A stretch of 64,000 nt of DNA from Bacteroidales bacterium (GTDB lineage Bacteria; Bacteroidota; Bacteroidia; Bacteroidales; UBA12077): contig JAGXLL010000002.1 of assembly GCA_018334675.1 (NCBI GenBank), forward strand, positions 29,205 to 93,204, written 5' to 3'. The translations under genes and the position numbers were made by a program. A model generated the notes under the pieces. That model saw only the letters and a list, made by a program, of their open reading frames with translations. It did no database searches and was not told the DNA's origin. Below, in pieces: positions 1-9,188 of this stretch (positions are counted from its first letter, which is position 1; each line of letters starts with the position of its first letter).

Positions 1-1293
1 AAACTGTACCGCGATCCCGACCAGGCTATATTGGGCGGGGTAGCCTCCGGCATCGGGGCCTATCTGAATGTAGACCCGGTATGGATACGCCTGCTTCTCG
101 TGGTGCTGATGCTGGGATACGGTTTCATCGCAGTGGTTTATCTGCTGCTGTGGCTTTTCCTACCCAAAGCCACCACCTACGACCAGAAGCTTGAGATGCG
201 CGGGGAGCAGGTGAACATCTCAAACATCGAAAAAAAGGTGAAGGATGAATACGAACAGGTAAGGGGCAACTTTAAAAAGTACAGGCAATCCGGTTCCTAT
301 CAAAACATCACCCGGGGCCTGAACGAAATTTTCGTGGTGCTCGGGCGCATCCTGAAAGCACTGATGCAAGTGGTGCTGGTGCTGATCGGTGTAGCATTGG
401 TTGTGGGCGGCATCGGACTCATCCTGGGATTGATCGGTATACCCTTTATCGCCTGGCCCTTCGATATGTTTGATCTTTTCGACCATCATGGTACGGCTGC
501 ACTCTTCCTTTTTCAGTCGTTGCTGAGCCCACCAGCATTCATCATTCTGGCAGCCAGCGCAGCCCTGCTGGTGGTGATACCCGTCCTGGTTATTTTTTAT
601 ACAGGTCTCAAAATGCTTTCCGGCTTCAAAGCCAAAGACCAGAGCGTGTTGCTTTCCGCCCTGATCATTTGGGTGGCAGCCCTTCTTGCCACGGCAGGCA
701 CGGCAGCGTGGCAGATGCATGAATTCTCGGTAAGATCTCACAACAAAGAAGAAATCCAACTCAATCCGCAGGGTTCATCCACGCTTTTTCTCCAGATGAA
801 TTCCCCACATGTTCATCTATATGAAACGGATGACCTCCCTTTCGGAGACAATACGGGTGTGATCCGGGGCAAAGATATTGTGGGTGCCATCAGAGGCACG
901 GACCCCGAGGGCAACCTGTATTTCAACACCGAAATAGATATCCTGAAAAGCCCCGATGATTCCTATCACCTGCAGATTAAAAAGTCATCACGGGGTTCAT
1001 CGATCAGGAATGCCGCCGGGTTTGCCGAAAAAATCCGGTTTAACTGGGAGCTGGCAGACTCCACCCTCATTTTGGACAATACCTTCCGAATCGCAAGCGA
1101 CACGCCCTACCGGCTTCAACAGATGACCCTGGCGATCCGGGTGCCCGGGGGCCATCGGATTGCCATATCTGAAGAAGCAGAGGAATACCTGGATGATGCG
1201 GACAACAGGCAAAACATGTGGCCATTCGAGATGGGCGGCAAGGTTTGGGAGATGCGGGGCGATGAGCTCAGCCTGCATCGTAAATCAGACTAA
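1..1293 (+). CDS. PspC domain-containing membrane protein (5' partial)
   Basis: Frame is open from base 1: KLYRDPDQAILGGVASGIGAYLNVDPVWIR...YLLLW is the PspC motif, followed by several TM helices and a periplasmic domain. Confidence 0.85.
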   Translation, partial: KLYRDPDQAILGGVASGIGAYLNVDPVWIRLLLVVLMLGYGFIAVVYLLLWLFLPKATTYDQKLEMRGEQVNISNIEKKVKDEYEQVRGNFKKYRQSGSYQNITRGLNEIFVVLGRILKALMQVVLVLIGVALVVGGIGLILGLIGIPFIAWPFDMFDLFDHHGTAALFLFQSLLSPPAFIILAASAALLVVIPVLVIFYTGLKMLSGFKAKDQSVLLSALIIWVAALLATAGTAAWQMHEFSVRSHNKEEIQLNPQGSSTLFLQMNSPHVHLYETDDLPFGDNTGVIRGKDIVGAIRGTDPEGNLYFNTEIDILKSPDDSYHLQIKKSSRGSSIRNAAGFAEKIRFNWELADSTLILDNTFRIASDTPYRLQQMTLAIRVPGGHRIAISEEAEEYLDDADNRQNMWPFEMGGKVWEMRGDELSLHRKSD

Positions 1294-1352
1294 AGTCAGC
1301 AGGGTACGGTGCCCCCGGGACACAATTTTTTTCACAATCGAGCGTAAATATA

Positions 1353-1382
1353 TTTGGCGAAAAAATATTTTTTATATATTTG
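1353..1382 (+). promoter_or_regulatory. Bacteroidota housekeeping promoter (-33 TTTG / -7 TATATTTG) for tRNA-Gln
   Basis: TTTG at 1353-1356, 18-nt spacer, TAnnTTTG at 1375-1382, about 30 nt before the tRNA. Confidence 0.65.
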
Positions 1383-1410
1383 CAAAGCCTAAGAAAGCAA
1401 AACCAAGCAT

Positions 1411-1486
1411 TGACCCATGGTGTAACTGGCAACACGTCAGGTTTTGGTCCTGAAGAGTCCAGGTTCGAGCCCTGGTGGGTCAGCCA
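1411..1486 (+). tRNA. tRNA-Gln(TTG)
   Basis: Acceptor stem TGACCCA/TGGGTCA, anticodon arm TCAGG-TTTTGGT-CCTGA, T-loop GGTTCGAGCC, encoded CCA at 1484-1486. Confidence 0.95.
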
Positions 1487-1489
1487 AAT

Positions 1490-1525
1490 CGCCGTCCCGC
1501 GTACTTACGGGACGGCGTTTTTTTT
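1490..1525 (+). terminator. Intrinsic terminator after tRNA-Gln
   Basis: CGCCGTCCCG-8nt-CGGGACGGCG hairpin followed by a T run. Confidence 0.85.
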
Positions 1526-2768
1526 AGGGATAAAACTCGATGCCGATCATGGAGATATCGTCGAAGATGGTGCTGTTTTCGTCTTCCAGGATATTCTGCT
1601 CCCGGATGATGGTGGCCATGTTCTTGTCGATGTGATCGGAATTGCTGAGGCGGTTCTTGATCTGATCTGTCTCGTAATGGACTTTCGTCTCGTCCATCAC
1701 CTCCACCAAACCGTCGGTATAACAAAGCAGCTTGGTCCTTTCGGTAATCGTCTCCTCTCCTTTCTCGATGGTGGGTATCTCATCGAGCATACCCAGGCCC
1801 AGGCACCCTTTCTTCAGGAACTTCAGCTCCCTGCTCTGCGTTTTGTACATGATGGGCGGGTTATGAGCTGCCGTGATATATTCGAGTTTCCGCGTGGTAT
1901 AGTTGTATTTGGCCAGGAACAGGGTGATGAATTTCTCGCCTTTGGCGCTCGACATCACCCGCTCGTTGAGCCTGGGCATGATCTGTTCCAGGTTGCTGTT
2001 GGCGCTGACCAACGCCCGTAGGTTGGCCTGAAAGTTCGACATCAGCAAAGCCGCAGAGATCCCTTTTCCCGAAACATCTGCTATGCAGATAACCCCTTCC
2101 TCCTTGTTGAGGCGTATATAATCATAATAATCGCCCCCCACTTCATGGTGCGGTTTGTAGAAAGAGGTGGCAAAAATATGCTCATCATTGGGCAGGGTAG
2201 ATTTGTCGGGTATCAGCATCGACTGCATCCGCGAGGCCAGCTCCAGCTCCTTCTTCAATGCTTCCTGCTGCAGGCTTTCATTGTACAGCCGTATATTCTC
2301 AATAGCAACAATGATGATGTTCGAGAGGGTCTGGATGAAATGCAAGTGTTTGATGGTGGGACTGACCCCTTTGGTTTCCTCGTCGATATCGCCGATCAGC
2401 ACATAAGCAATGGGCTGGTTGTTATGAAAAACGGGAATAATGTTGTCGAACGTCCTCAGGGAAGGGTTGGGGGAAGCCGTAACAAAAGCGATCTCCTCAT
2501 GACCCAGGATGTCGCTCTCCATGTCAATCTCATCCACCTCGTCGCCGCATCCTGCTTTAAGGATGACCTCCCAGTCTTCCTTGTTGTAATTGTATTTATA
2601 AATAAGCACCCGGCCGATGTTCAGCTCTTCGCGCAATATCTTCTCATAACGCTCCAGCAGATCCTCGGTGGATAAATTGGCATTAATGGCTTTCGTGATG
2701 GAAAGCAGGGAGTTGAGCTTAAAAGAAAACAACTTCAACCTTTTAATCTTGGACTGACTTGTTTTCAT
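1524..2768 (-). CDS. PP2C/SpoIIE-family (RsbU-like) serine phosphatase with N-terminal GAF-like domain
   Basis: ELELASRMQ coiled coil, VGGDYYD, IADVSGKG, YTDGL and DDIS motifs. Confidence 0.9.
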   Translation of the reverse strand: MKTSQSKIKRLKLFSFKLNSLLSITKAINANLSTEDLLERYEKILREELNIGRVLIYKYNYNKEDWEVILKAGCGDEVDEIDMESDILGHEEIAFVTASPNPSLRTFDNIIPVFHNNQPIAYVLIGDIDEETKGVSPTIKHLHFIQTLSNIIIVAIENIRLYNESLQQEALKKELELASRMQSMLIPDKSTLPNDEHIFATSFYKPHHEVGGDYYDYIRLNKEEGVICIADVSGKGISAALLMSNFQANLRALVSANSNLEQIMPRLNERVMSSAKGEKFITLFLAKYNYTTRKLEYITAAHNPPIMYKTQSRELKFLKKGCLGLGMLDEIPTIEKGEETITERTKLLCYTDGLVEVMDETKVHYETDQIKNRLSNSDHIDKNMATIIREQNILEDENSTIFDDISMIGIEFYP

Positions 2769-2814
2769 AATCGAACCGGTCCTATCAGTAAATTTGTTCA
2801 GGCCTTCGGCCAGC

Positions 2815-3384
2815 CTATTTCTTTATTCGTTCCACATAAGAACCATCGCGCGTATCGATCTTGATCTTTTCATGGTTGTTGATGAAAAGCGGCACTTTCA
2901 CCTCTGCGCCCGTTTCCAGTGTAGCAGGTTTCAGGGCGGTGGTAGAAGTGGTATCTCCCTTCACGCCGGGTTCCGTATAGGTTATCTCCAGCACCACAAA
3001 CTGGGGCAGTTCACAACGCAGGGGCTCCTCGGTCTCGTCATGAAAAAGGATCTCAACCTGCTCGCTCTCCTTCAACAGCTTGGGGGCATGGATCAGCTCT
3101 TCGGGCAGGGAGATCTGCTCAAAAGTCTCGGTATGCATAAAATGATATCCCATGTCATCATTATAAAGGAACTGATAAGGGCGCCGCTCGATCCTGGCCG
3201 TCTCCACTTTGGCTCCGGAAGGGAACGTATTTTCAATGACCTTACCCGTGGTGACGCTTTTCAGCTTTGTACGTACAAAGGCCGCGCCTTTGCCGGGCTT
3301 AACATGCTGAAACTCAACAATGCTGAACAGGTCATTATTGTATTTGATGGTCATTCCGTTTTTGAAGTCTGCTGTACTGGCCAT
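2815..3384 (-). CDS. efp: Elongation factor P
   Basis: [38 protein letters not shown] motifs. Confidence 0.97.
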   Translation of the reverse strand: MASTADFKNGMTIKYNNDLFSIVEFQHVKPGKGAAFVRTKLKSVTTGKVIENTFPSGAKVETARIERRPYQFLYNDDMGYHFMHTETFEQISLPEELIHAPKLLKESEQVEILFHDETEEPLRCELPQFVVLEITYTEPGVKGDTTSTTALKPATLETGAEVKVPLFINNHEKIKIDTRDGSYVERIKK

Positions 3385-3464
3385 ATGCTCTTGTTATTTT
3401 TGTCCCAAATTTAAAGTAAATAGTTGGAAATTCTATTCATTTTAGAAGAGAATAGCCTGTTGGT

Positions 3465-4199
3465 TTATTCTCCGGGTTTCTTCCGGGAAATGATGTTTTT
3501 GCGGGGTCGGGTAGCAATAAAATCTTTCAGATAGAAGGGTTCAAAATAGGCCACATCTTCAAATTCCCCGGCCTGGTATTTCTTTTCTGAGAGGTTGGCC
3601 ATATGTTGTGCAGAAGGTTCAATCCCTTCCACAAAATAGGCATGGGGGTGGGCGATCACCTGTCGGCATTTGGAGGCTCCATTGCCAAAGAAAACCATGT
3701 TATGATCCCTGAGCCAATCCTGGTAACTGGTTTCATCCAGAACCTCAGCCTTTATCTCGCGCATAAATTCCAGGTTTCGGTTGAGAAAAGCCGAATATAC
3801 TTCCATCCTCCGGGCATCCAGCATGGGCACCAGGATGGTCTGGTCATCTACCGGCGGGGGCTCGGTGGAAGCCTTTAGCGTATCCAGCAGTCCCTGTGTC
3901 AATGCCTTGAGGGTATAAACAGCAACAAGGGGTTTATCAGCTCCATAGCACAATCCCTTTGCGGTGGACACGCCGATACGCAATCCGGTATAAGAGCCAG
4001 GGCCTCTGCTGATGCTCACCGCATCGAGGTCCTTCACCCTCAGTCCCTCCTCTTTGAGGATCTCTTCAATGAAATGGGCGAGCAGCGCGGCGTGTGACCT
4101 GCCTTCATGGTCCTCCCTTAAGTGGATCAACTGACCGTCTTTCACGAGGGCAGCGGAGCATACATGCGTAGTTGTTTCGATATTAAGAATCCATGCCAT
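3465..4199 (-). CDS. tsaB: tRNA t6A biosynthesis protein TsaB
   Basis: ILNIETTT, GPGSYTGLRIG, DARRMEVY, FEPFYLK motifs. Confidence 0.95.
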   Translation of the reverse strand: MAWILNIETTTHVCSAALVKDGQLIHLREDHEGRSHAALLAHFIEEILKEEGLRVKDLDAVSISRGPGSYTGLRIGVSTAKGLCYGADKPLVAVYTLKALTQGLLDTLKASTEPPPVDDQTILVPMLDARRMEVYSAFLNRNLEFMREIKAEVLDETSYQDWLRDHNMVFFGNGASKCRQVIAHPHAYFVEGIEPSAQHMANLSEKKYQAGEFEDVAYFEPFYLKDFIATRPRKNIISRKKPGE

Positions 4200-4202
4200 C
4201 AC

Positions 4203-5621
4203 TTAAATGGTTAAGGGTTTGCCCTGGTAAAAATCCAGTATCCGGGTCTTAAAAATGTATTCATATTTGGCCTGCAACAATTCGGACTGAGCCCGGATCA
4301 GATTGTTTTTAGCCGTGTTGAACTCGATGGAAGTGACCAGGCCCACTTCAAACTTCTTGCTGGTATACTTGAAGGATTCCTGCCTCGATTCGACGGTTTT
4401 GCTGGCTGCCTGGTATTTTTTCCAGGCAGCCAGGGCATCGGCATGTGCCGTTTGTATGTCCTTATAAAGCTGACTCTCCTGTAGCTGAAGCTCATACTGG
4501 GCGTTCAGAACACCCACCCGGGCATTGCTGATGGAGTGGCGCACCTGCCATCCGTTAAAAACAGGTATGGAAAGGTTGAACATCACCGAAGTGCTGGCAT
4601 TGTCCTGGAGCTGGTCCCAGAAAGGATAGCCGGAATAACTGGGTGCCGGCTGGGTGGCATAGACGGGCACATCGTTCTGAGTACGGCCAATGGGAACCGT
4701 TACGCTGTCCATGCCGGTAAGCCGCTCGCGGATGTTGGAATACCTGGACCCGTAATTCAGGTTCAGCGATAACCGGGGGCTCAGCTGCCCACGGGCAATG
4801 TCAAGTGCCTCTTCCTGTGACCGCAGCTTGTATTCCGCGCCCTTAATGCGGGGCAGCTGTTTTTGGGCCACCTGGTAGATGCTGTCGACCGGGGGTAATG
4901 GTTCACGGTCGAGCAACCGGCCGAGGGCAGGCTGTTCAACCTCAAAGCCGCCGGCCGAGTCCAGTTCCAGAAGCTGGATCAGTGAAATGTAGGAGGAACG
5001 AAGCTGATTCTGAAAACTCACCAGGTTGAGCTCTTCATTGGCCGCCTGGGCCTGTATCTCGAGCAGGTCGCCGCGGGCCAGGCTCCCTGCCTCAACCAGC
5101 TTCCGGGTCCTGTTGGCCTGCTGATTGATCAACTCAAGCTGATCGCGGGCCACTTGAACCAGTTCATGATTAAAAAGGATCTGCAGATACGCGGATGCTA
5201 CATTCAGCGATATATCATTCTTCAGGCGCTCCAATGCCTGCAGGCTGGCCTTCAGTGAGAAACGGTCGCGCTGGATGGAATTCCATTTCTGAAAACCATT
5301 AAACAGGGTGATCGAACTGCTCAGGTTGAAGTTGCTGGACTGAACCTGCTGATCCTGGGTAAATTCATAGGTTGTCTCATCCAGTGCCCGCCCGAACGAA
5401 AAGTTGTGAGTGGCCCCGGCATTCAGGGAAGGCAATGCGCTGAGCCGGGTCTGTTGCAAGTTTTTTTCATTGACCTGTGTGTTCAGATTCTGTTGCTTGA
5501 TCCGTATGTTGTGATCAAAGGCATATTGAATACACTCCTGGAGATTCCAGGTATCCTGGCCGGATAGCTGAGATGGCAGGAAAAACACCATCAAAACCAG
5601 CGCAAAAAAGTATCTGGGCAT
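4203..5621 (-). CDS. TolC-family outer membrane efflux protein
   Basis: Signal peptide, WNLQECIQYA, two OEP repeats (SITLFNGF, SIPVFNGW), C-terminal YEYIFK. Confidence 0.9.
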   Translation of the reverse strand: MPRYFFALVLMVFFLPSQLSGQDTWNLQECIQYAFDHNIRIKQQNLNTQVNEKNLQQTRLSALPSLNAGATHNFSFGRALDETTYEFTQDQQVQSSNFNLSSSITLFNGFQKWNSIQRDRFSLKASLQALERLKNDISLNVASAYLQILFNHELVQVARDQLELINQQANRTRKLVEAGSLARGDLLEIQAQAANEELNLVSFQNQLRSSYISLIQLLELDSAGGFEVEQPALGRLLDREPLPPVDSIYQVAQKQLPRIKGAEYKLRSQEEALDIARGQLSPRLSLNLNYGSRYSNIRERLTGMDSVTVPIGRTQNDVPVYATQPAPSYSGYPFWDQLQDNASTSVMFNLSIPVFNGWQVRHSISNARVGVLNAQYELQLQESQLYKDIQTAHADALAAWKKYQAASKTVESRQESFKYTSKKFEVGLVTSIEFNTAKNNLIRAQSELLQAKYEYIFKTRILDFYQGKPLTI

Positions 5622-5775
5622 AAGTGTTAAATGTAACAGTGGTATGTATCAATCAAAATTAATAAACTTTTCGCCTATTAGATTTATTTCCGCATAAAAT
5701 GATTCACTAAATTTGTAAGTGAGCAGGAGAAAAATAACCGGCACTCCGGCGGTATGATCATAAACAGTTTTTCCC

Positions 5776-6480
5776 GTGAAAAAGATCTACGATCCAGACC
5801 TAGGGCGCATACAGTTTACCAAAAGAAAGCACTCAAAACGCATCACTGTTCGTTATGACCCGGAGGGCCGGCTCAAAGTAAGTCTGCCCCAGAGCGTTAG
5901 TTATCAGGCAGGCATTCAGTATTTACAATCCCATAAGAAGGTCATCAGGGAAAAAGTTGTGGATCTGCAGGCCGAGCAATACAGCCACGACCTCTCCAAT
6001 TTTCAGACCCGCTGGCATGAAGTGGAGATCCGGCGGGAAAACCGCAAAACCATTGCCTATCAGATCCGGCAGGGGAAGATCGGGGTTAGCATACCCAGGG
6101 ATATGGAGCCGAAAGACCATACCGTTCAAAAAACCATCCGCCAGGCCCTGGAAGAAGCCCTTCGCATGGAAGCCAGGATTTATCTTCCCCAGCGGCTCAA
6201 TGAACTGGCCAGCCGATACAACCTCACCTACAACAACCTTTACATCAAAAAGGTGCAGTCCCTCTGGGGCAGCTGCTCTTCTAAAAACAACATCAACCTG
6301 AATATCCACCTGATGCGCCTGCCCGATCACCTGATCGATTATGTTCTTTCACATGAACTGTGTCATACCCTCCATAAAAACCACAGCCATCTTTTCTGGA
6401 ATCACCTCCAGCACCTTATGAATGATGATGTCATCCAACTCAGAAACGAACTCAACCAATATTCGCCCAAGCTATATTAG
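5776..6480 (+). CDS. YgjP/DUF45-like zinc metallopeptidase
   Basis: WGSCS, INLN, DYVLSHELCH (HExxH), NHS..FW motifs. Confidence 0.9.
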   Translation: MKKIYDPDLGRIQFTKRKHSKRITVRYDPEGRLKVSLPQSVSYQAGIQYLQSHKKVIREKVVDLQAEQYSHDLSNFQTRWHEVEIRRENRKTIAYQIRQGKIGVSIPRDMEPKDHTVQKTIRQALEEALRMEARIYLPQRLNELASRYNLTYNNLYIKKVQSLWGSCSSKNNINLNIHLMRLPDHLIDYVLSHELCHTLHKNHSHLFWNHLQHLMNDDVIQLRNELNQYSPKLY

Positions 6481-6813
6481 GACCATCTTTTTCAAATTCA
6501 CGAAAAAATAGCTATATTGCTCCCCCAAAACAAACCCATGCAAAGGCCCTTCAAGCATCCCTCAACCCATGTATCTCGTTCCCGGGAAAAAAAAGACCCT
6601 TTCCTCCACAGCCCGGCCAGAAATTCATGTATCTTATCCCTGCAAGCTTCGTAAAAAAAAGATGCATGAAGATGGAAAAATGCATGAAGGCCTGAAGCCA
6701 TCAAAACACCATGAAACAGATCACGCAAGCCATAAAACCAGAAGCAGGATCCTGTACCCATGTTTCCATTCTATCCGGCGAACCCTTCTTACCCAAACTA
6801 AATACAGAGAACC

Positions 6814-9171
6814 ATGAACTTGAATTTAAAACTCAGGCACAAAATTCAGCTGATCATTATCTCCCTGTCGGTAGTCATTTTTCTGGGGGCTATCGGCTAC
6901 ATCAGCATCAAGGCCCGTAAAGCGGCCTACAGGGATGCCTCCCGGCTGGTGGACTTTCAGTCACAAAAATATGCCAACCGGATCCAGGGCCTGATGAACA
7001 GTGACTTCACAGTTGTCCGCACCCTCTCCCAGGCTTTCAAAACTTATGACTACCTGCCCAGGGAACGCTGGCAGGAGATGATCAACAAGATGTACATTGA
7101 TGTCTTTCAGGCCAACCCTTCGTTCTACAATCTGTGGGACAGCTGGGAACTTCAGTATATCGACACCTCCTGGACCCGCTCCTATGGGCGCATCTCCAAT
7201 CAGAATTTCAGGGAAAACGGGGAATTCAAAACCAGCACCGATCGGCGAAGCCTGGAAGGGGATCCGGACCTTTACGCCAGTTGGAAGTCGCGTAAAGAAG
7301 AATTGGTGGCCGATCTCTATGCCGACGTGTTTGTAGAGAACAAATCCGAAAGGAGGCTGATGACCACCCTGGCTTCCCCCATACTGGAATCGGGTAATTT
7401 CATCGGGCTGGTAGGGGTGGATCTCACGCTCGACCGTTTTCAGCAGATCATACAAGAGATCGACATTGAGAAACTGGAGGGCTGTTCTTCCTTTCTTCTC
7501 ACCCATAATGGCAAGTATGCCGGCCATCCCGACCAGGAGCTGCTCAACACCCGGGCCCCGGCCAACCCTACCGCAGAACAGGGGTTCAACCTGTATGACA
7601 AGATGGAGCAAGGCAAGGCCTTTTCTATCCTTCATCAACCCGCTGAGGAGCGGGACAAGCAGGAAAGTTATGTATCCTATGCGCCCATCCAAATCGGCAA
7701 CACCGAAACGCAATGGTACCTGGGTCTTTCCGCACCTGTCAGCTCAATTAAAGCCCAGGCCAACAAGAACTTCACCATCTCACTCATCGTGGGTCTGGTG
7801 GGCCTGCTGATCCTTAGCCTGGTGATCTACCTGGTAAGCCGAAACATCACCCATCCCGTTGAACAAGTCACCGACCGGCTCAACCGGCTGTCCAGGGGTC
7901 ACATCGACCCCAACATGAAGCTGCAGCTGAGCACCGGCGACGAGATACAGGAGATGGCCACCGCCCTGAATACCTCCATCGACGAGCTCAACAAGAAAAA
8001 TGAGTTCGCTCAGAAAATAGGAAACGGCGAGCTGGAAGCCGACTACCAGATGCTCAGCGATGATGACCAGCTGGGCCAGTCCCTGATAGACATGCGCAAC
8101 AGCCTCAAGCAAGCCCGCCGGGAGGAGGAGAAAAGAAAAATAGAAGACGAGAAGAGAAGATGGGTCAACGAAGGACTGGCCAGGTTTGCCGATATCCTGC
8201 GCCAAAACAACGACAACCTGGAACAACTCAGCTACCAGATCATCAGCAACCTGGTGGGTTACCTGGGCGCCAACCAGGGCGGTCTCTTCCTTTTGAATGA
8301 CGAGGATGAGCAGAACATTTTCTATGAACTCAAAGCCGCCCACGCCTTCAACCGGAAAAAATACATGGAGAAAGAGATCAAACCCGGTGAAGGCCTGGTG
8401 GGTTCCTGCGCCATCGAGAAACAAACCATCTATATGACCGATATCCCCCAGGATTATATTCAGATCACTTCCGGACTGGGGGACGCCAATCCCGACAGCC
8501 TGCTGATCGTTCCCCTGAAGGTGGAAGAGGAAGTACTGGGGGTTATCGAGATTGCCTCATTCAAGGAATTTGAAAAACATCAGATTGAGTTCGTCGAAAA
8601 AGTGGCCGAAAGCATTGCCTCCACCATCTCATCGGTGCGGGTCAACCTGCGAACCTCTCAGCTGCTTGAAAAATCCCAGCAACAAGCCGAAGAGATGTCT
8701 GCCCAGGAGGAAGAGATGCGGCAAAACATGGAAGAGCTGAAAGCCACCCAGGAAGAAGCAGCCCGGAGGGAGAACGAGCTCTCCGGTATCATGGAAGCGA
8801 TTGATCAGTTCCTGATCAAGGCCGAGCTCGACCTGAGCGGCAAACTGATCAATGCCAATCCTTTATTCCTGGAGACTTTTGGATACGACGATCAAAAAAT
8901 CCAGGAGATACCCATGGAAAAGTTCATTGATGACAATGATCTGGCTACCTTCCATCATACATGGGAGGAAGCTAAGAAGGGACGCGACATCCGCCAAAAA
9001 ATCCGTTATATAAACAAACACGGCACCACCCTGTGGCTGATCACTTCTTTCTCGGCGGTTAAGGATAAAGAAGGCAACATCAACAAAATCATCTTCATAG
9101 CCCTGGATCATACCGAGTCGGAAAATGAGAAGCAACAGCTGAAGGACAAACTCAATCAAAGAGAAAACTAA
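6814..9171 (+). CDS. Membrane sensor: TM-Cache-TM-HAMP-GAF-coiled coil-PAS (paralog 1)
   Basis: Two TM helices flanking a Cache-like domain (GLVGVDL, YAGHPD), HAMP (TGDEIQEM), GAF (GEGLVG, LLIVPL, GVIEIAS), C-terminal PAS. Confidence 0.8.
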   Translation: MNLNLKLRHKIQLIIISLSVVIFLGAIGYISIKARKAAYRDASRLVDFQSQKYANRIQGLMNSDFTVVRTLSQAFKTYDYLPRERWQEMINKMYIDVFQANPSFYNLWDSWELQYIDTSWTRSYGRISNQNFRENGEFKTSTDRRSLEGDPDLYASWKSRKEELVADLYADVFVENKSERRLMTTLASPILESGNFIGLVGVDLTLDRFQQIIQEIDIEKLEGCSSFLLTHNGKYAGHPDQELLNTRAPANPTAEQGFNLYDKMEQGKAFSILHQPAEERDKQESYVSYAPIQIGNTETQWYLGLSAPVSSIKAQANKNFTISLIVGLVGLLILSLVIYLVSRNITHPVEQVTDRLNRLSRGHIDPNMKLQLSTGDEIQEMATALNTSIDELNKKNEFAQKIGNGELEADYQMLSDDDQLGQSLIDMRNSLKQARREEEKRKIEDEKRRWVNEGLARFADILRQNNDNLEQLSYQIISNLVGYLGANQGGLFLLNDEDEQNIFYELKAAHAFNRKKYMEKEIKPGEGLVGSCAIEKQTIYMTDIPQDYIQITSGLGDANPDSLLIVPLKVEEEVLGVIEIASFKEFEKHQIEFVEKVAESIASTISSVRVNLRTSQLLEKSQQQAEEMSAQEEEMRQNMEELKATQEEAARRENELSGIMEAIDQFLIKAELDLSGKLINANPLFLETFGYDDQKIQEIPMEKFIDDNDLATFHHTWEEAKKGRDIRQKIRYINKHGTTLWLITSFSAVKDKEGNINKIIFIALDHTESENEKQQLKDKLNQREN

Positions 9172-9188
9172 AAAAACAGACAACGACC

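Noticed and set aside
1380-2021. ORF spanning tRNA-Gln
   Set aside because: Overlaps the tRNA and lies antisense to the PP2C gene
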